Below are positions 13,801 to 27,000 of a stretch of 64,000 bases of DNA, piece by piece. Each line of letters starts with the position of its first letter. The stretch's first letter is position 1. The stretch spans positions 21,204,001-21,268,000 of the forward strand of contig OZ024741.1 in NCBI GenBank assembly GCA_964016885.1, in the 5' to 3' direction. This stretch comes from Eledone cirrhosa. Lineage: Eukaryota. The notes beneath the pieces are model-generated. The model was not told the DNA's origin. It saw nothing but the letters and a program-made list of their open reading frames with translations, and searched no databases. The translations under genes and the position numbers were made by a program.

Positions 13801-16800
13801 GAATGTGAGAAGATGAGATGGAAGGAACTTTGGTTGGTCATGGGAGCCAGTCAGAATGTGAGAAGTTGAGATGGAAGGAACTTTGGTTAGTCATGGGAGC
13901 CAGTCAGAATGTGAGAAGATGAGATGGAAGGAACTTTGGTTGGTCATGGGAGCCAGTCAGAATGTGAGAAGATGAGATGGAAGGAACTTTGGTTGGTCAT
14001 GGGAGCTAATCAGAATGTGAGAAGATGAGATGGAAGGAACTTTGGTTGGTCATGGGAGCCAGTCAGAATGTGAGAAGATGAGATGGAAGGAACTTTGGTT
14101 GGTCATGGGAGCTAATCAGAATGTGAGAAGATGAGATGGAAGGAACTTTGGTTGGTCATGGGAGCCAGTCAGAATGTGAGAAGATGAGATGGAAGGAACT
14201 TTGGTTGGTCATGGGAGCCAGTCAGAATGTGAGAAGATGAGATGGAAGGAACTTTGGTTGGTCATGGGAGCCAGTCAGAATGTGAGAAGATGAGATGGAA
14301 GGAACTTTGGTTGGTCATGGGAGCCAGTCAGAATGTGAGAAGATGAGATGGAAGGAACTTTGGTTGGTCATGGGAGCTAATCAGAATGTGAGAAGATGAG
14401 ATGGAAGGAACTTTGATTGGTCATGGGAGCCAGTCAGAATGTGAGAAGATGAGATGGAAGGAACTTTGGTTGGTCATGGGAGCTAATCAGAATGTGAGAA
14501 GATGAGATGGAAGGAACTTTGGTTGGTCATGGGAGCCAGTCAGAATGTGTGAAGATGAGAGGGAAGGAACTTTGGTTGGTCATGGGAGCCAGTCAGAATG
14601 TGAGAAGATGAGATGGAAGGAACTTTGGTTGGTCATGGGAGCCAGTCAGAATGTGAGAAGATGAGATGGAAGGAACTTTGGTTGGTCATGGGAGCTAATC
14701 AGAATGTGAGAAGATGAGATGGAAGGAACTTTGGGTGGTCATGGGAGCCAGTCAGAATGTGAGAAGATGAGATGGAAGGAACTTTGGTTGGTCATGGGAG
14801 CCAGTCAGAATGTGAGAAGATGAGATGGAAGGAACTTTGGTTGGTCATGGGAGCCAGTCAGAATGTGAGAAGATGAGATGGAAGGAACTTTGGTTGGTCA
14901 TGGGAGCTAATCAGAATGTGAGAAGATGAGATGGAAGGAACTTTGGTTGGTCATGGGAGCCAGTCAGAATGTGAGAAGATGAGATGGAAGGAACTTTGGT
15001 TGGTCATGGGAGCCAGTCAGAATGTGAGAAGATGAGATGGAAGGAACTTTGGTTGGTCATGGGAGCTAATCAGAATGTGAGAAGATGAGATGGAAGGAAC
15101 TTTGGTTGGTCATGGGAGCCAGTCAGAATGTGAGAAGATGAGATGGAAGGAACTTTGGTTGGTCATGGGAGCCAGTCAGAATGTGAGAAGATGAGATGGA
15201 AGGAACTTTGGTTGGTCATGGGAGCTAATCAGAATGTGAGAAGATGAGATGGAAGGAACTTTGATTGGTCATGGGAGCCAGTCAGAATGTGAGAAGATGA
15301 GATGGAAGAACTTTGGTTGGTCATGGGAGCTAATCAGAATGTGAGAAGATGAGATGGAAGGAACTTTGGTTGGTCATGGGAGCCAGTCAGAATGTGTGTA
15401 GATGAGAGGGAAGGAACTTTGGTTGGTCATGGGAGCCAGTCAGAATGTGAGAAGTTGAGATGGAAGGAACTTTGGTTGGTCATGGGAGCCAGTCAGAATG
15501 TGAGAAGTTGAGATGGAAGGAACTTTGGTTGGTCATGGGAGCCAGTCAGAATGTGGGAAGATGAGATGGAAGGAACTTTGGTTGGTCATGGGAGCTAATC
15601 AGAATGTGGGAAGATGAGATGGAAGGAACTTTGGTTGGTCATGGGAGCCAGTCAGAATGTGAGAAGTTGAGATGGAAGGAACTTTGGTTGGTCATGGGAG
15701 CTAATCAGAAGGTGAGAAGTTGAGATGGAAGGAACTTTGGTTGGTCATGGGAGCTAATCAGAATGTGGGAAGATGAGATGGAAGGAACTTTGGTTGGTCA
15801 TGGGAGCCAGTCAGAATGTGAGAAGATGAGATGGAAGGAACTTTGGTTGGTCATGGGAGCCAGTCAGAATGTGAGAAGATGAGATGGAAGGAACTTTGGT
15901 TGGTCATGGGAGCCAGTCAGAATGTGAGAAGTTGAGATGGAAGGAACTTTGGTTGGTCATGGGAGCCAGACAGAATCTAAGAAGATGAGATGGAAGGAAC
16001 TTTTGTTGGTCATGGGAGTCAGTCAGAATCTGAGAAGATGAGATGGAAGGAACTTTTGTTGGTCATGGGAGCCAGTCAGAATGTGAGAAGTTGAGATGGA
16101 AGGAACTTTGGTTGGTCATGGGAGCCAGTCAGAATCTGAGAAGATGAGATGGAAGGAACTTTGGTTGGTCATGGGAGCCAGTCAGAATGTGAGAAGATGA
16201 GATGGAAGGAACTTTGGTTGGTCATGGGAGCTAATCAGAATGTGAGAAGATGAGATGGAAGGAACTTTGGTTGGTCATGGGAGCCAGTCAGAATGTGAGA
16301 AGATGAGATGGAAGGAACTTTGGTTGGTCATGGGAGCTAATCAGAATGTAAGAAGATGAGATGGAAGGAACTTTGGTTGGTCATGGGAGCCAGTCAGAAT
16401 GTGAGAAGTTGAGATGGAAGGAACTTTGGTTGGTCATGGGAGCTAATCAGAATGTGAGAAGATGAGATGGAAGGAACTTTGGTTGGTCATGGGAGCCAGT
16501 CAGAATGTGAGAAGATGAGATGGAAGGAACTTTGGTTGGTCATGGGAGCCAGTCAGAATGTGAGAAGTTGAGATGGAAGGAACTTTGGTTGGTCATGGGA
16601 GCCAGTCAGAATCTAAGAAGATGAGATGGAAGGAACTTTTGTTGGTCATGGGAGCCAGTCAGAATCTGAGAAGATGAGATGGAAGGAACTTTTGTTGGTC
16701 ATGGGAGCCAGTCAGAATGTGAGAAGTTGAGATGGAAGGAACTTTGGTTGGTCATGGGAGCCAGTCAGAATCTGAGAAGATGAGATGGAAGGAACTTTGG

Positions 16801-16950
16801 TTGGTCATGGGAGCCAGTCAGAATGTGAGAAGATGAGATGGAAGGAACTTTGGTTGGTCATGGGAGCTAATCAGAATGTGAGAAGATGAGATGGAAGGAA
16901 CTTTGGTTGGTCATGGGAGCCAGTCAGAATGTGAGAAGATGAGATGGAAG
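10812..16950. repeat. ~6-kb duplicate of ~2969-9200 (offset 7843 = 148x53-1, then 7737 after loss of two monomers)
   Basis: Rare markers pair at 7843: CAGAACGTG 5166/13009, CATCGGAG 5840/13683, ORFs 3378/11221 and 3787/11630. The delta-G monomer pairs at 7737 (7570/15307). Confidence 0.92.
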
Positions 16951-17119
16951 GAACTTTGGTTGGTCATGGGAGCCAGTCAGAATGTGAGAAGATGAGATGG
17001 AAGGAACTTTGGTTGGTCATGGGAGCTAATCAGAATGTGAGAAGATGAGATGGAAGGAACTTTGATTGGTCATGGGAGCCAGTCAGAATGTGAGAAGATG
17101 AGATGGAAGGAACTTTGGT

Positions 17120-20100
17120 TGGTCATGGGAGCTAATCAGAATGTGAGAAGATGAGATGGAAGGAACTTTGGTTGGTCATCGGAGCTAGTCAGAATCTGAG
17201 AAGATGAGATGGAAGGAACTTTGGTTGGTCATGGGAGCTAATCAGATTGTGGGAAGATGAGATGGAAGGAACTTTGGTTGGTCATGGGAGCCAGTCAGAA
17301 TGTGAGAAGATGAGATGGAAGGAACTTTGGTTGGTCATGGGAGCCAGTCAGAATGTGAGAAGTTGAGATGGAAGGAACTTTGGTTAGTCATGGGAGCCAG
17401 TCAGAATGTGAGAAGATGAGATGGAAGGAACTTTGGTTGGTCATGGGAGCCAGTCAGAATGTGAGAAGATGAGATGGAAGGAACTTTGGTTGGTCATGGG
17501 AGCTAATCAGAATGTGAGAAGATGAGATGGAAGGAACTTTGGTTGGTCATGGGAGCCAGTCAGAATGTGAGAAGATGAGATGGAAGGAACTTTGGTTGGT
17601 CATGGGAGCTAATCAGAATGTGAGAAGATGAGATGGAAGGAACTTTGGTTGGTCATGGGAGCCAGTCAGAATGTGAGAAGATGAGATGGAAGGAACTTTG
17701 GTTGGTCATGGGAGCTAATCAGAATGTGAGAAGATGAGATGGAAGGAACTTTGGTTGGTCATGGGAGCCAGTCAGAATGTGAGAAGATGAGATGGAAGGA
17801 ACTTTGGTTGGTCATGGGAGCCAGTCAGAATGTGAGAAGATGAGATGGAAGGAACTTTGGTTGGTCATGGGAGCCGGTCAGAATGTGAGAAGATGAGATG
17901 GAAGGAACTTTGGTTGGTCATGGGAGCCAGTCAGAATGTGAGAAGATGAGATGGAAGGAACTTTGGTTGGTCATGGGAGCTAATCAGAATGTGAGAAGAT
18001 GAGATGGAAGGAACTTTGATTGGTCATGGGAGCCAGTCAGAATGTGAGAAGATGAGATGGAAGGAACTTTGGTTGGTCATGGGAGCTAATCAGAATGTGA
18101 GAAGATGAGATGGAAGGAACTTTGGTTGGTCATGGGAGCCAGTCAGAATGTGTGAAGATGAGAGGGAAGGAACTTTGGTTGGTCATGGGAGCCAGTCAGA
18201 ATGTGAGAAGATGAGATGGAAGGAACTTTGGTTGGTCATGGGAGCCAGTCAGAATGTGAGAAGATGAGATGGAAGGAACTTTGGTTGGTCATGGGAGCTA
18301 ATCAGAATGTGAGAAGATGAGATGGAAGGAACTTTGGGTGGTCATGGGAGCCAGTCAGAATGTGAGAAGATGAGATGGAAGGAACTTTGGTTGGTCATGG
18401 GAGCCAGTCAGAATGTGAGAAGATGAGATGGAAGGAACTTTGGTTGGTCATGGGAGCCAGTCAGAATGTGAGAAGATGAGATGGAAGGAACTTTGGTTGG
18501 TCATGGGAGCTAATCAGAATGTGAGAAGATGAGATGGAAGGAACTTTGGTTGGTCATGGGAGCCAGTCAGAATGTGAGAAGATGAGATGGAAGGAACTTT
18601 GGTTGGTCATGGGAGCCAGTCAGAATGTGAGAAGATGAGATGGAAGGAACTTTGGTTGGTCATGGGAGCTAATCAGAATGTGAGAAGATGAGATGGAAGG
18701 AACTTTGGTTGGTCATGGGAGCCAGTCAGAATGTGAGAAGATGAGATGGAAGGAACTTTGGTTGGTCATGGGAGCCAGTCAGAATGTGAGAAGATGAGAT
18801 GGAAGGAACTTTGGTTGGTCATGGGAGCTAATCAGAATGTGAGAAGATGAGATGGAAGGAACTTTGATTGGTCATGGGAGCCAGTCAGAATGTGAGAAGA
18901 TGAGATGGAAGAACTTTGGTTGGTCATGGGAGCTAATCAGAATGTGAGAAGATGAGATGGAAGGAACTTTGGTTGGTCATGGGAGCCAGTCAGAATGTGT
19001 GTAGATGAGAGGGAAGGAACTTTGGTTGGTCATGGGAGCCAGTCAGAATGTGAGAAGTTGAGATGGAAGGAACTTTGGTTGGTCATGGGAGCCAGTCAGA
19101 ATGTGAGAAGTTGAGATGGAAGGAACTTTGGTTGGTCATGGGAGCCAGTCAGAATGTGGGAAGATGAGATGGAAGGAACTTTGGTTGGTCATGGGAGCTA
19201 ATCAGAATGTGGGAAGATGAGATGGAAGGAACTTTGGTTGGTCATGGGAGCCAGTCAGAATGTGAGAAGTTGAGATGGAAGGAACTTTGGTTGGTCATGG
19301 GAGCTAATCAGAATGTGAGAAGTTGAGATGGAAGGAACTTTGGTTGGTCATGGGAGCTAATCAGAATGTGGGAAGATGAGATGGAAGGAACTTTGGTTGG
19401 TCATGGGAGCCAGTCAGAATGTGAGAAGATGAGATGGAAGGAACTTTGGTTGGTCATGGGAGCCAGTCAGAATGTGAGAAGATGAGATGGAAGGAACTTT
19501 GGTTGGTCATGGGAGCCAGTCAGAATGTGAGAAGTTGAGATGGAAGGAACTTTGGTTGGTCATGGGAGCCAGACAGAATCTAAGAAGATGAGATGGAAGG
19601 AACTTTTGTTGGTCATGGGAGCCAGTCAGAATCTGAGAAGATGAGATGGAAGGAACTTTGGTTGGTCATGGGAGCCAGTCAGAATCTGAGAAGATGAGAT
19701 GGAAGGAACTTTGGTTGGTCATGGGAGCCAGTCAGAATGTGAGAAGATGAGATGGAAGGAACTTTGGTTGGTCATGGGAGCTAATCAGAATGTGAGAAGA
19801 TGAGATGGAAGGAACTTTGGTTGGTCATGGGAGCCAGTCAGAATGTGAGAAGATGAGATGGAAGGAACTTTGGTTGGTCATGGGAGCTAATCAGAATGTA
19901 AGAAGATGAGATGGAAGGAACTTTGGTTGGTCATGGGAGCCAGTCAGAATGTGAGAAGTTGAGATGGAAGGAACTTTGGTTGGTCATGGGAGCTAATCAG
20001 AATGTGAGAAGATGAGATGGAAGGAACTTTGGTTGGTCATGGGAGCCAGTCAGAATGTGAGAAGATGAGATGGAAGGAACTTTGGTTGGTCATGGGAGCC

Positions 20101-20900
20101 AGTCAGAATGTGAGAAGTTGAGATGGAAGGAACTTTGGTTGGTCATGGGAGCCTGTCAGAATCTAAGAAGATGAGATGGAAGGAACTTTTGTTGGTCATG
20201 GGAGCCAGTCAGAATCTGAGAAGATGAGATGGAAGGAACTTTTGTTGGTCATGGGAGCCAGTCAGAATGTGAGAAGTTGAGATGGAAGGAACTTTGGTTG
20301 GTCATGGGAGCCAGTCAGAATCTGAGAAGATGAGATGGAAGGAACTTTGGTTGGTCATGGGAGCCAGTCAGAATGTGAGAAGATGAGATGGAAGGAACTT
20401 TGGTTGGTCATGGGAGCTAATCAGAATGTGAGAAGATGAGATGGAAGGAACTTTGGTTGGTCATGGGAGCCAGTCAGAATGTGAGAAGATGAGATGGAAG
20501 GAACTTTGGTTGGTCATGGGAGCTAATCAGAATGTGGGAAGATGAGATGGAAGGAACTTTGGTTGGTCATGGGAGCCAGTCAGAATGTGAGAAGTTGAGA
20601 TGGAAGGAACTTTGGTTGGTCATGGGAGCTAATCAGAATGTGAGAAGATGAGATGGAAGGAACTTTGGTTGGTCATGGGAGCCAGTCAGAATGTGAGAAG
20701 ATGAGATGGAAGGAACTTTGGTTGGTCATGGGAGCCAGTCAGAATGTGAGAAGATGAGATGGAAGGAACTTTGGTTGGTCATGGGAGCTAATCAGAATGT
20801 GAGAAGATGAGATGGAAGGAACTTTGATTGGTCATGGGAGCCAGTCAGAATGTGAGAAGATGAGATGGAAGGAACTTTGGTTGGTCATGGGAGCTAATCA
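17120..20900. repeat. Third copy of the ~5.8-9.6 kb block (offset 11340 = 214x53-2), 66 monomers downstream of the second copy
   Basis: CATCGGAG at 5840/13683/17180; delta-G monomer at 7570/18910; GTGTGTAGATGAGAGG near 7660/15395/19000. Confidence 0.88.
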
Positions 20901-23900
20901 GAATGTGAGAAGATGAGATGGAAGGAACTTTGGTTGGTCATGGGAGCCAGTCAGAATGTGTGAAGATGAGAGGGAAGGAACTTTGGTTGGTCATGGGAGC
21001 CAGTCAGAATGTGAGAAGATGAGATGGAAGGAACTTTGGTTGGTCATGGGAGCCAGTCAGAATGTGAGAAGATGAGATGGAAGGAACTTTGGTTGGTCAT
21101 GGGAGCCAGTCAGAATGTGAGAAGATGAGATGGAAGGAACTTTGGTTGGTCATGGGAGCTAATCAGAATGTGAGAAGATGAGATGGAAGGAACTTTGGGT
21201 GGTCATGGGAGCCAGTCAGAATGTGAGAAGATGAGATGGAAGGAACTTTGGTTGGTCATGGGAGCCAGTCAGAATGTGAGAAGATGAGATGGAAGGAACT
21301 TTGGTTGGTCATGGGAGCCAGTCAGAATATGAGAAGATGAGATGGAAGGAACTTTGGTTGGTCATGGGAGCTAATCAGAATGTGAGAAGATGAGATGGAA
21401 GGAACTTTGGTTGGTCATGGGAGCCAGTCAGAATGTGAGAAGATGAGATGGAAGGAACTTTGGTTGGTCATGGGAGCCAGTCAGAATGTGAGAAGATGAG
21501 ATGGAAGGAACTTTGGTTGGTCATGGGAGCTAATCAGAATGTGAGAAGATGAGATGGAAGGAACTTTGGTTGGTCATGGGAGCCAGTCAGAATGTGAGAA
21601 GATGAGATGGAAGGAACTTTGGTTGGTCATGGGAGCCAGTCAGAATGTGAGAAGATGAGATGGAAGGAACTTTGGTTGGTCATGGGAGCTAATCAGAATG
21701 TGAGAAGATGAGATGGAAGGAACTTTGGTTGGTCATGGGAGCCAGTCAGAATGTGAGAAGTTGAGATGGAAGGAACTTTGGTTGGTCATGGGAGCTAATC
21801 AGAATGTGAGAAGATGAGATGGAAGGAACTTTGGTTGGTCATGGGAGCCAGTCAGAATCTGAGAAGATGAGATGGAAGGAACTTTGGTTGGTCATGGGAG
21901 CCAGTCAGAATGTGAGAAGATGAGATGGAAGGAACTTTGGTTGGTCATGGGAGCTAATCAGAATGTGAGAAGATGAGATGGAAGGAACTTTGGTTGGTCA
22001 TGGGAGCCAGTCAGAATGTGAGAAGTTGAGATGGAAGGAACTTTGGTTGGTCATGGGAGCTAATCAGAATGTGAGAAGATGAGATGGAAGGAACTTTGGT
22101 TGGTCATGGGAGCCAGTCAGAATGTGAGAAGATGAGATGGAAGGAACTTTGGTTGGTCATGGGAGCCAGTCAGAATGTGAGAAGATGAGATGGAAGGAAC
22201 TTTGGTTGGTCATGGGAGCTAATCAGAATGTGAGAAGATGATATGGAAGGAACTTTGATTGGTCATGGGAGCCAGTCAGAATGTGAGAAGATGAGATGGA
22301 AGGAACTTTGGTTGGTCATGGGAGCTAATCAGAATGTGAGAAGATGAGATGGAAGGAACTTTGGTTGGTCATGGGAGCCAGTCAGAATGTGTGAAGATGA
22401 GAGGGAAGGAACTTTGGTTGGTCATGGGAGCCAGTCAGAATGTGAGAAGATGAGATGGAAGGAACTTTGGTTGGTCATGGGAGCCAGTCAGAATGTGAGA
22501 AGATGAGATGGAAGGAACTTTGGTTGGTCATGGGAGCCAGTCAGAATGTGAGAAGATGAGATGGAAGGAACTTTGGTTGGTCATGGGAGCTAATCAGAAT
22601 GTGAGAAGATGAGATGGAAGGAACTTTGGGTGGTCATGGGAGCCAGTCAGAATGTGAGAAGATGAGATGGAAGGAACTTTGGTTGGTCATGGGAGCCAGT
22701 CAGAATATGAGAAGATGAGATGGAAGGAACTTTGGTTGGTCATGGGAGCTAATCAGAATGTGAGAAGATGAGATGGAAGGAACTTTGGTTGGTCATGGGA
22801 GCCAGTCAGAATGTGAGAAGATGAGATGGAAGGAACTTTGGTTGGTCATGGGAGCCAGTCAGAATGTGAGAAGATGAGATGGAAGGAACTTTGGTTGGTC
22901 ATGGGAGCTAATCAGAATGTGAGAAGATGAGATGGAAGGAACTTTGGTTGGTCATGGGAGCCAGTCAGAATGTGAGAAGATGAGATGGAAGGAACTTTGG
23001 TTGGTCATGGGAGCCAGTCAGAATGTGAGAAGATGAGATGGAAGGAACTTTGGTTGGTCATGGGAGCTAATCAGAATGTGAGAAGATGAGATGGAAGGAA
23101 CTTTGATTGGTCATGGGAGCCAGTCAGAATGTGAGAAGATGAGATGGAAGAACTTTGGTTGGTCATGGGAGCTAATCAGAATGTGAGAAGATGAGATGGA
23201 AGGAACTTTGGTTGGTCATGGGAGCCAGTCAGAATGTGTGAAGATGAGAGGGAAGGAACTTTGGTTGGTCATGGGAGCCAGTCAGAATGTGAGAAGTTGA
23301 GATGGAAGGAACTTTGGTTGGTCATGGGAGCCAGTCAGAATGTGAGAAGTTGAGATGGAAGGAACTTTGGTTGGTCATGGGAGCCAGTCAGAATGTGGGA
23401 AGATGAGATGGAAGGAACTTTGGTTGGTCATGGGAGCTAATCAGAATGTGGGAAGATGAGATGGAAGGAACTTTGGTTGGTCATGGGAGCCAGTCAGAAT
23501 GTGAGAAGTTGAGATGGAAGGAACTTTGGTTGGTCATGGGAGCTAATCAGAATGTGAGAAGTTGAGATGGAAGGAACTTTGGTTGGTCATGGGAGCTAAT
23601 CAGAATGTGGAAAGATGAGATGGAAGGAACTTTGGTTGGTCATGGGAGCCAGTCAGAATGTGAGAAGATGAGATGGAAGGAACTTTGGTTGGTCATGGGA
23701 GCCAGTCAGAATGTGAGAAGATGAGATGGAAGGAACTTTGGTTGGTCATGGGAGCCAGTCAGAATGTGAGAAGTTGAGATGGAAGGAACTTTGGTTGGTC
23801 ATGGGAGCCAGACAGAATCTAAGAAGATGAGATGGAAGGAACTTTTGTTGGTCATGGGAGCCAGTCAGAATCTGAGAAGATGAGATGGAAGGAACTTTTG

Positions 23901-24099
23901 TTGGTCATGGGAGCCAGTCAGAATGTGAGAAGTTGAGATGGAAGGAACTTTGGTTGGTCATGGGAGCCAGTCAGAATCTGAGAAGATGAGATGGAAGGAA
24001 CTTTGGTTGGTCATGGGAGCCAGTCAGAATGTGAGAAGATGAGATGGAAGGAACTTTGGTTGGTCATGGGAGCTAATCAGAATGTGAGAAGATGAGATG

Positions 24100-27000
24100 G
24101 AAGGAACTTTGATTGGTCATGGGAGCCAGTCAGAATGTGAGAAGATGAGATGGAAGGAATTTTGGTTGGTCATGGGAGCTAATCAGAATGTGAGAAGATG
24201 AGATGGAAGGAACTTTGGTTGGTCATGGGAGCCAGTCAGAATGTGTGAAGATGAGAGGGAAGGAACTTTGGTTGGTCATGGGAGCCAGTCAGAATGTGAG
24301 AAGATGAGATGGAAGGAACTTTGGTTGGTCATGGGAGCCAGTCAGAATGTGAGAAGATGAGATGGAAGGAACTTTGGTTGGTCATGGGAGCCAGTCAGAA
24401 TGTGAGAAGATGAGATGGAAGGAACTTTGGTTGGTCATGGGAGCTAATCAGAATGTGAGAAGATGAGATGGAAGGAACTTTGGGTGGTCATGGGAGCCAG
24501 TCAGAATGTGAGAAGATGAGATGGAAGGAACTTTGGTTGGTCATGGGAGCCAGTCAGAATGTGAGAAGATGAGATGGAAGGAACTTTGGTTGGTCATGGG
24601 AGCCAGTCAGAATATGAGAAGATGAGATGGAAGGAACTTTGGTTGGTCATGGGAGCTAATCAGAATGTGAGAAGATGAGATGGAAGGAACTTTGGTTGGT
24701 CATGGGAGCCAGTCAGAATGTGAGAAGATGAGATGGAAGGAACTTTGGTTGGTCATGGGAGCCAGTCAGAATGTGAGAAGATGAGATGGAAGGAACTTTG
24801 GTTGGTCATGGGAGCTAATCAGAATGTGAGAAGATGAGATGGAAGGAATTTTGGTTGGTCATGGGAGCCAGTCAGAATGTGAGAAGATGAGATGGAAGGA
24901 ACTTTGGTTGGTCATGGGAGCCAGTCAGAATGTGTGAAGATGAGAGGGAAGGAACTTTGGTTGGTCATGGGAGCCAGTCAGAATGTGAGAAGTTGAGATG
25001 GAAGGAACTTTGGTTGGTCATGGGAGCCAGTCAGAATGTGAGAAGTTGAGATGGAAGGAACTTTGGTTGGTCATGGGAGCCAGTCAGAATGTGGGAAGAT
25101 GAGATGGAAGGAACTTTGGTTGGTCATGGGAGCTAATCAGAATGTGGGAAGATGAGATGGAAGGAACTTTGGTTGGTCATGGGAGCCAGTCAGAATGTGA
25201 GAAGTTGAGATGGAAGGAACTTTGGTTGGTCATGGGAGCTAATCAGAATGTGAGAAGTTGAGATGGAAGGAACTTTGGTTGGTCATGGGAGCTAATCAGA
25301 ATGTGGAAAGATGAGATGGAAGGAACTTTGGTTGGTCATGGGAGCCAGTCAGAATGTGAGAAGATGAGATGGAAGGAACTTTGGTTGGTCATGGGAGCCA
25401 GTCAGAATGTGAGAAGATGAGATGGAAGGAACTTTGGTTGGTCATGGGAGCCAGTCAGAATGTGAGAAGTTGAGATGGAAGGAACTTTGGTTGGTCATGG
25501 GAGCCAGACAGAATCTAAGAAGATGAGATGGAAGGAACTTTTGTTGGTCATGGGAGCCAGTCAGAATCTGAGAAGATGAGATGGAAGGAACTTTTGTTGG
25601 TCATGGGAGCCAGTCAGAATGTGAGAAGTTGAGATGGAAGGAACTTTGGTTGGTCATGGGAGCCAGTCAGAATCTGAGAAGATGAGATGGAAGGAACTTT
25701 GGTTGGTCATGGGAGCCAGTCAGAATGTGAGAAGATGAGATGGAAGGAACTTTGGTTGGTCATGGGAGCTAATCAGAATGTGAGAAGATGAGATGGAAGG
25801 AACTTTGGTTGGTCATGGGAGCCAGTCAGAATGTGAGAAGATGAGATGGAAGGAACTTTGGTTGGTCATGGGAGCTAATCAGAATGTGGGAAGATGAGAT
25901 GGAAGGAACTTTGGTTGGTCATGGGAGCCAGTCAGAATGTGAGAAGTTGAGATGGAAGGAACTTTGGTTGGTCATGGGAGCTAATCAGAATGTGAGAAGA
26001 TGAGATGGAAGGAACTTTGGTTGGTCATGGGGGCCAGTCAGAATGTGAGAAGATGAGATGGAAGGAACTTTGGTTGGTCATGGGAGCCAGTCAGAATGTG
26101 AGAAGTTGAGATGGAAGGAACTTTGGTTGGTCATGGGAGCCAGTCAGAATCTAAGAAGATGAGATGGAAGGAACTTTTGTTGGTCATGGGAGCCAGTCAG
26201 AATCTGAGAAGATGAGATGGAAGGAACTTTTGTTGGTCATGGGAGCCAGTCAGAATGTGAGAAGTTGAGATGGAAGGAACTTTGGTTGGTCATGGGAGCC
26301 AGTCAGAATCTGAGAAGATGAGATGGAAGGAACTTTGGTTGGTCATGGGAGCCAGTCAGAATGTGAGAAGATGAGATGGAAGGAACTTTGGTTGGTCATG
26401 GGAGCTAATCAGAATGTGAGAAGATGAGATGGAAGGAACTTTGGTTGGTCATGGGAGCCAGTCAGAATGTGAGAAGTTGAGATGGTAGGAACTTTGGTTG
26501 GTCATGGGAGCTAATCAGAATGTGAGAAGATGAGATGGAAGGAACTTTGGTTGGTCATGGGAGCTAATCAGAACGTGAGAAGATGAGATGGAAGGAACTT
26601 TGGTTGGTCATGGGAGCTAATCAGAATGTGGGAAGATGAGATGGAAGGAACTTTGGTTGGTTATGGGAGCCAGTCAGAATGTGAGAAGATGAGATGGAAG
26701 GAACTTTGGTTGGTCATGGGAGCTAATCAGAATGTGGAAAGATGAGATGGAAGGAACTTTGGTTGGTCATGGGAGCCAGTCAGAATGTGAGAAGATGAGA
26801 TGGAAGGAACTTTGGTTGGTCATGGGAGCTAATCAGAATGTGGAAAGATGAGATGGAAGGAACTTTGGTTGGTCATGGGAGCCAGTCAGAATGTGAGAAG
26901 ATGAGATGGAAGGAACTTTGGTTGGTCATGGGAGCCAGTCAGAATGTGAGAAGATGAGATGGAAGGAACTTTGGTTGGTCATGGGAGCCAGTCAGAATGT

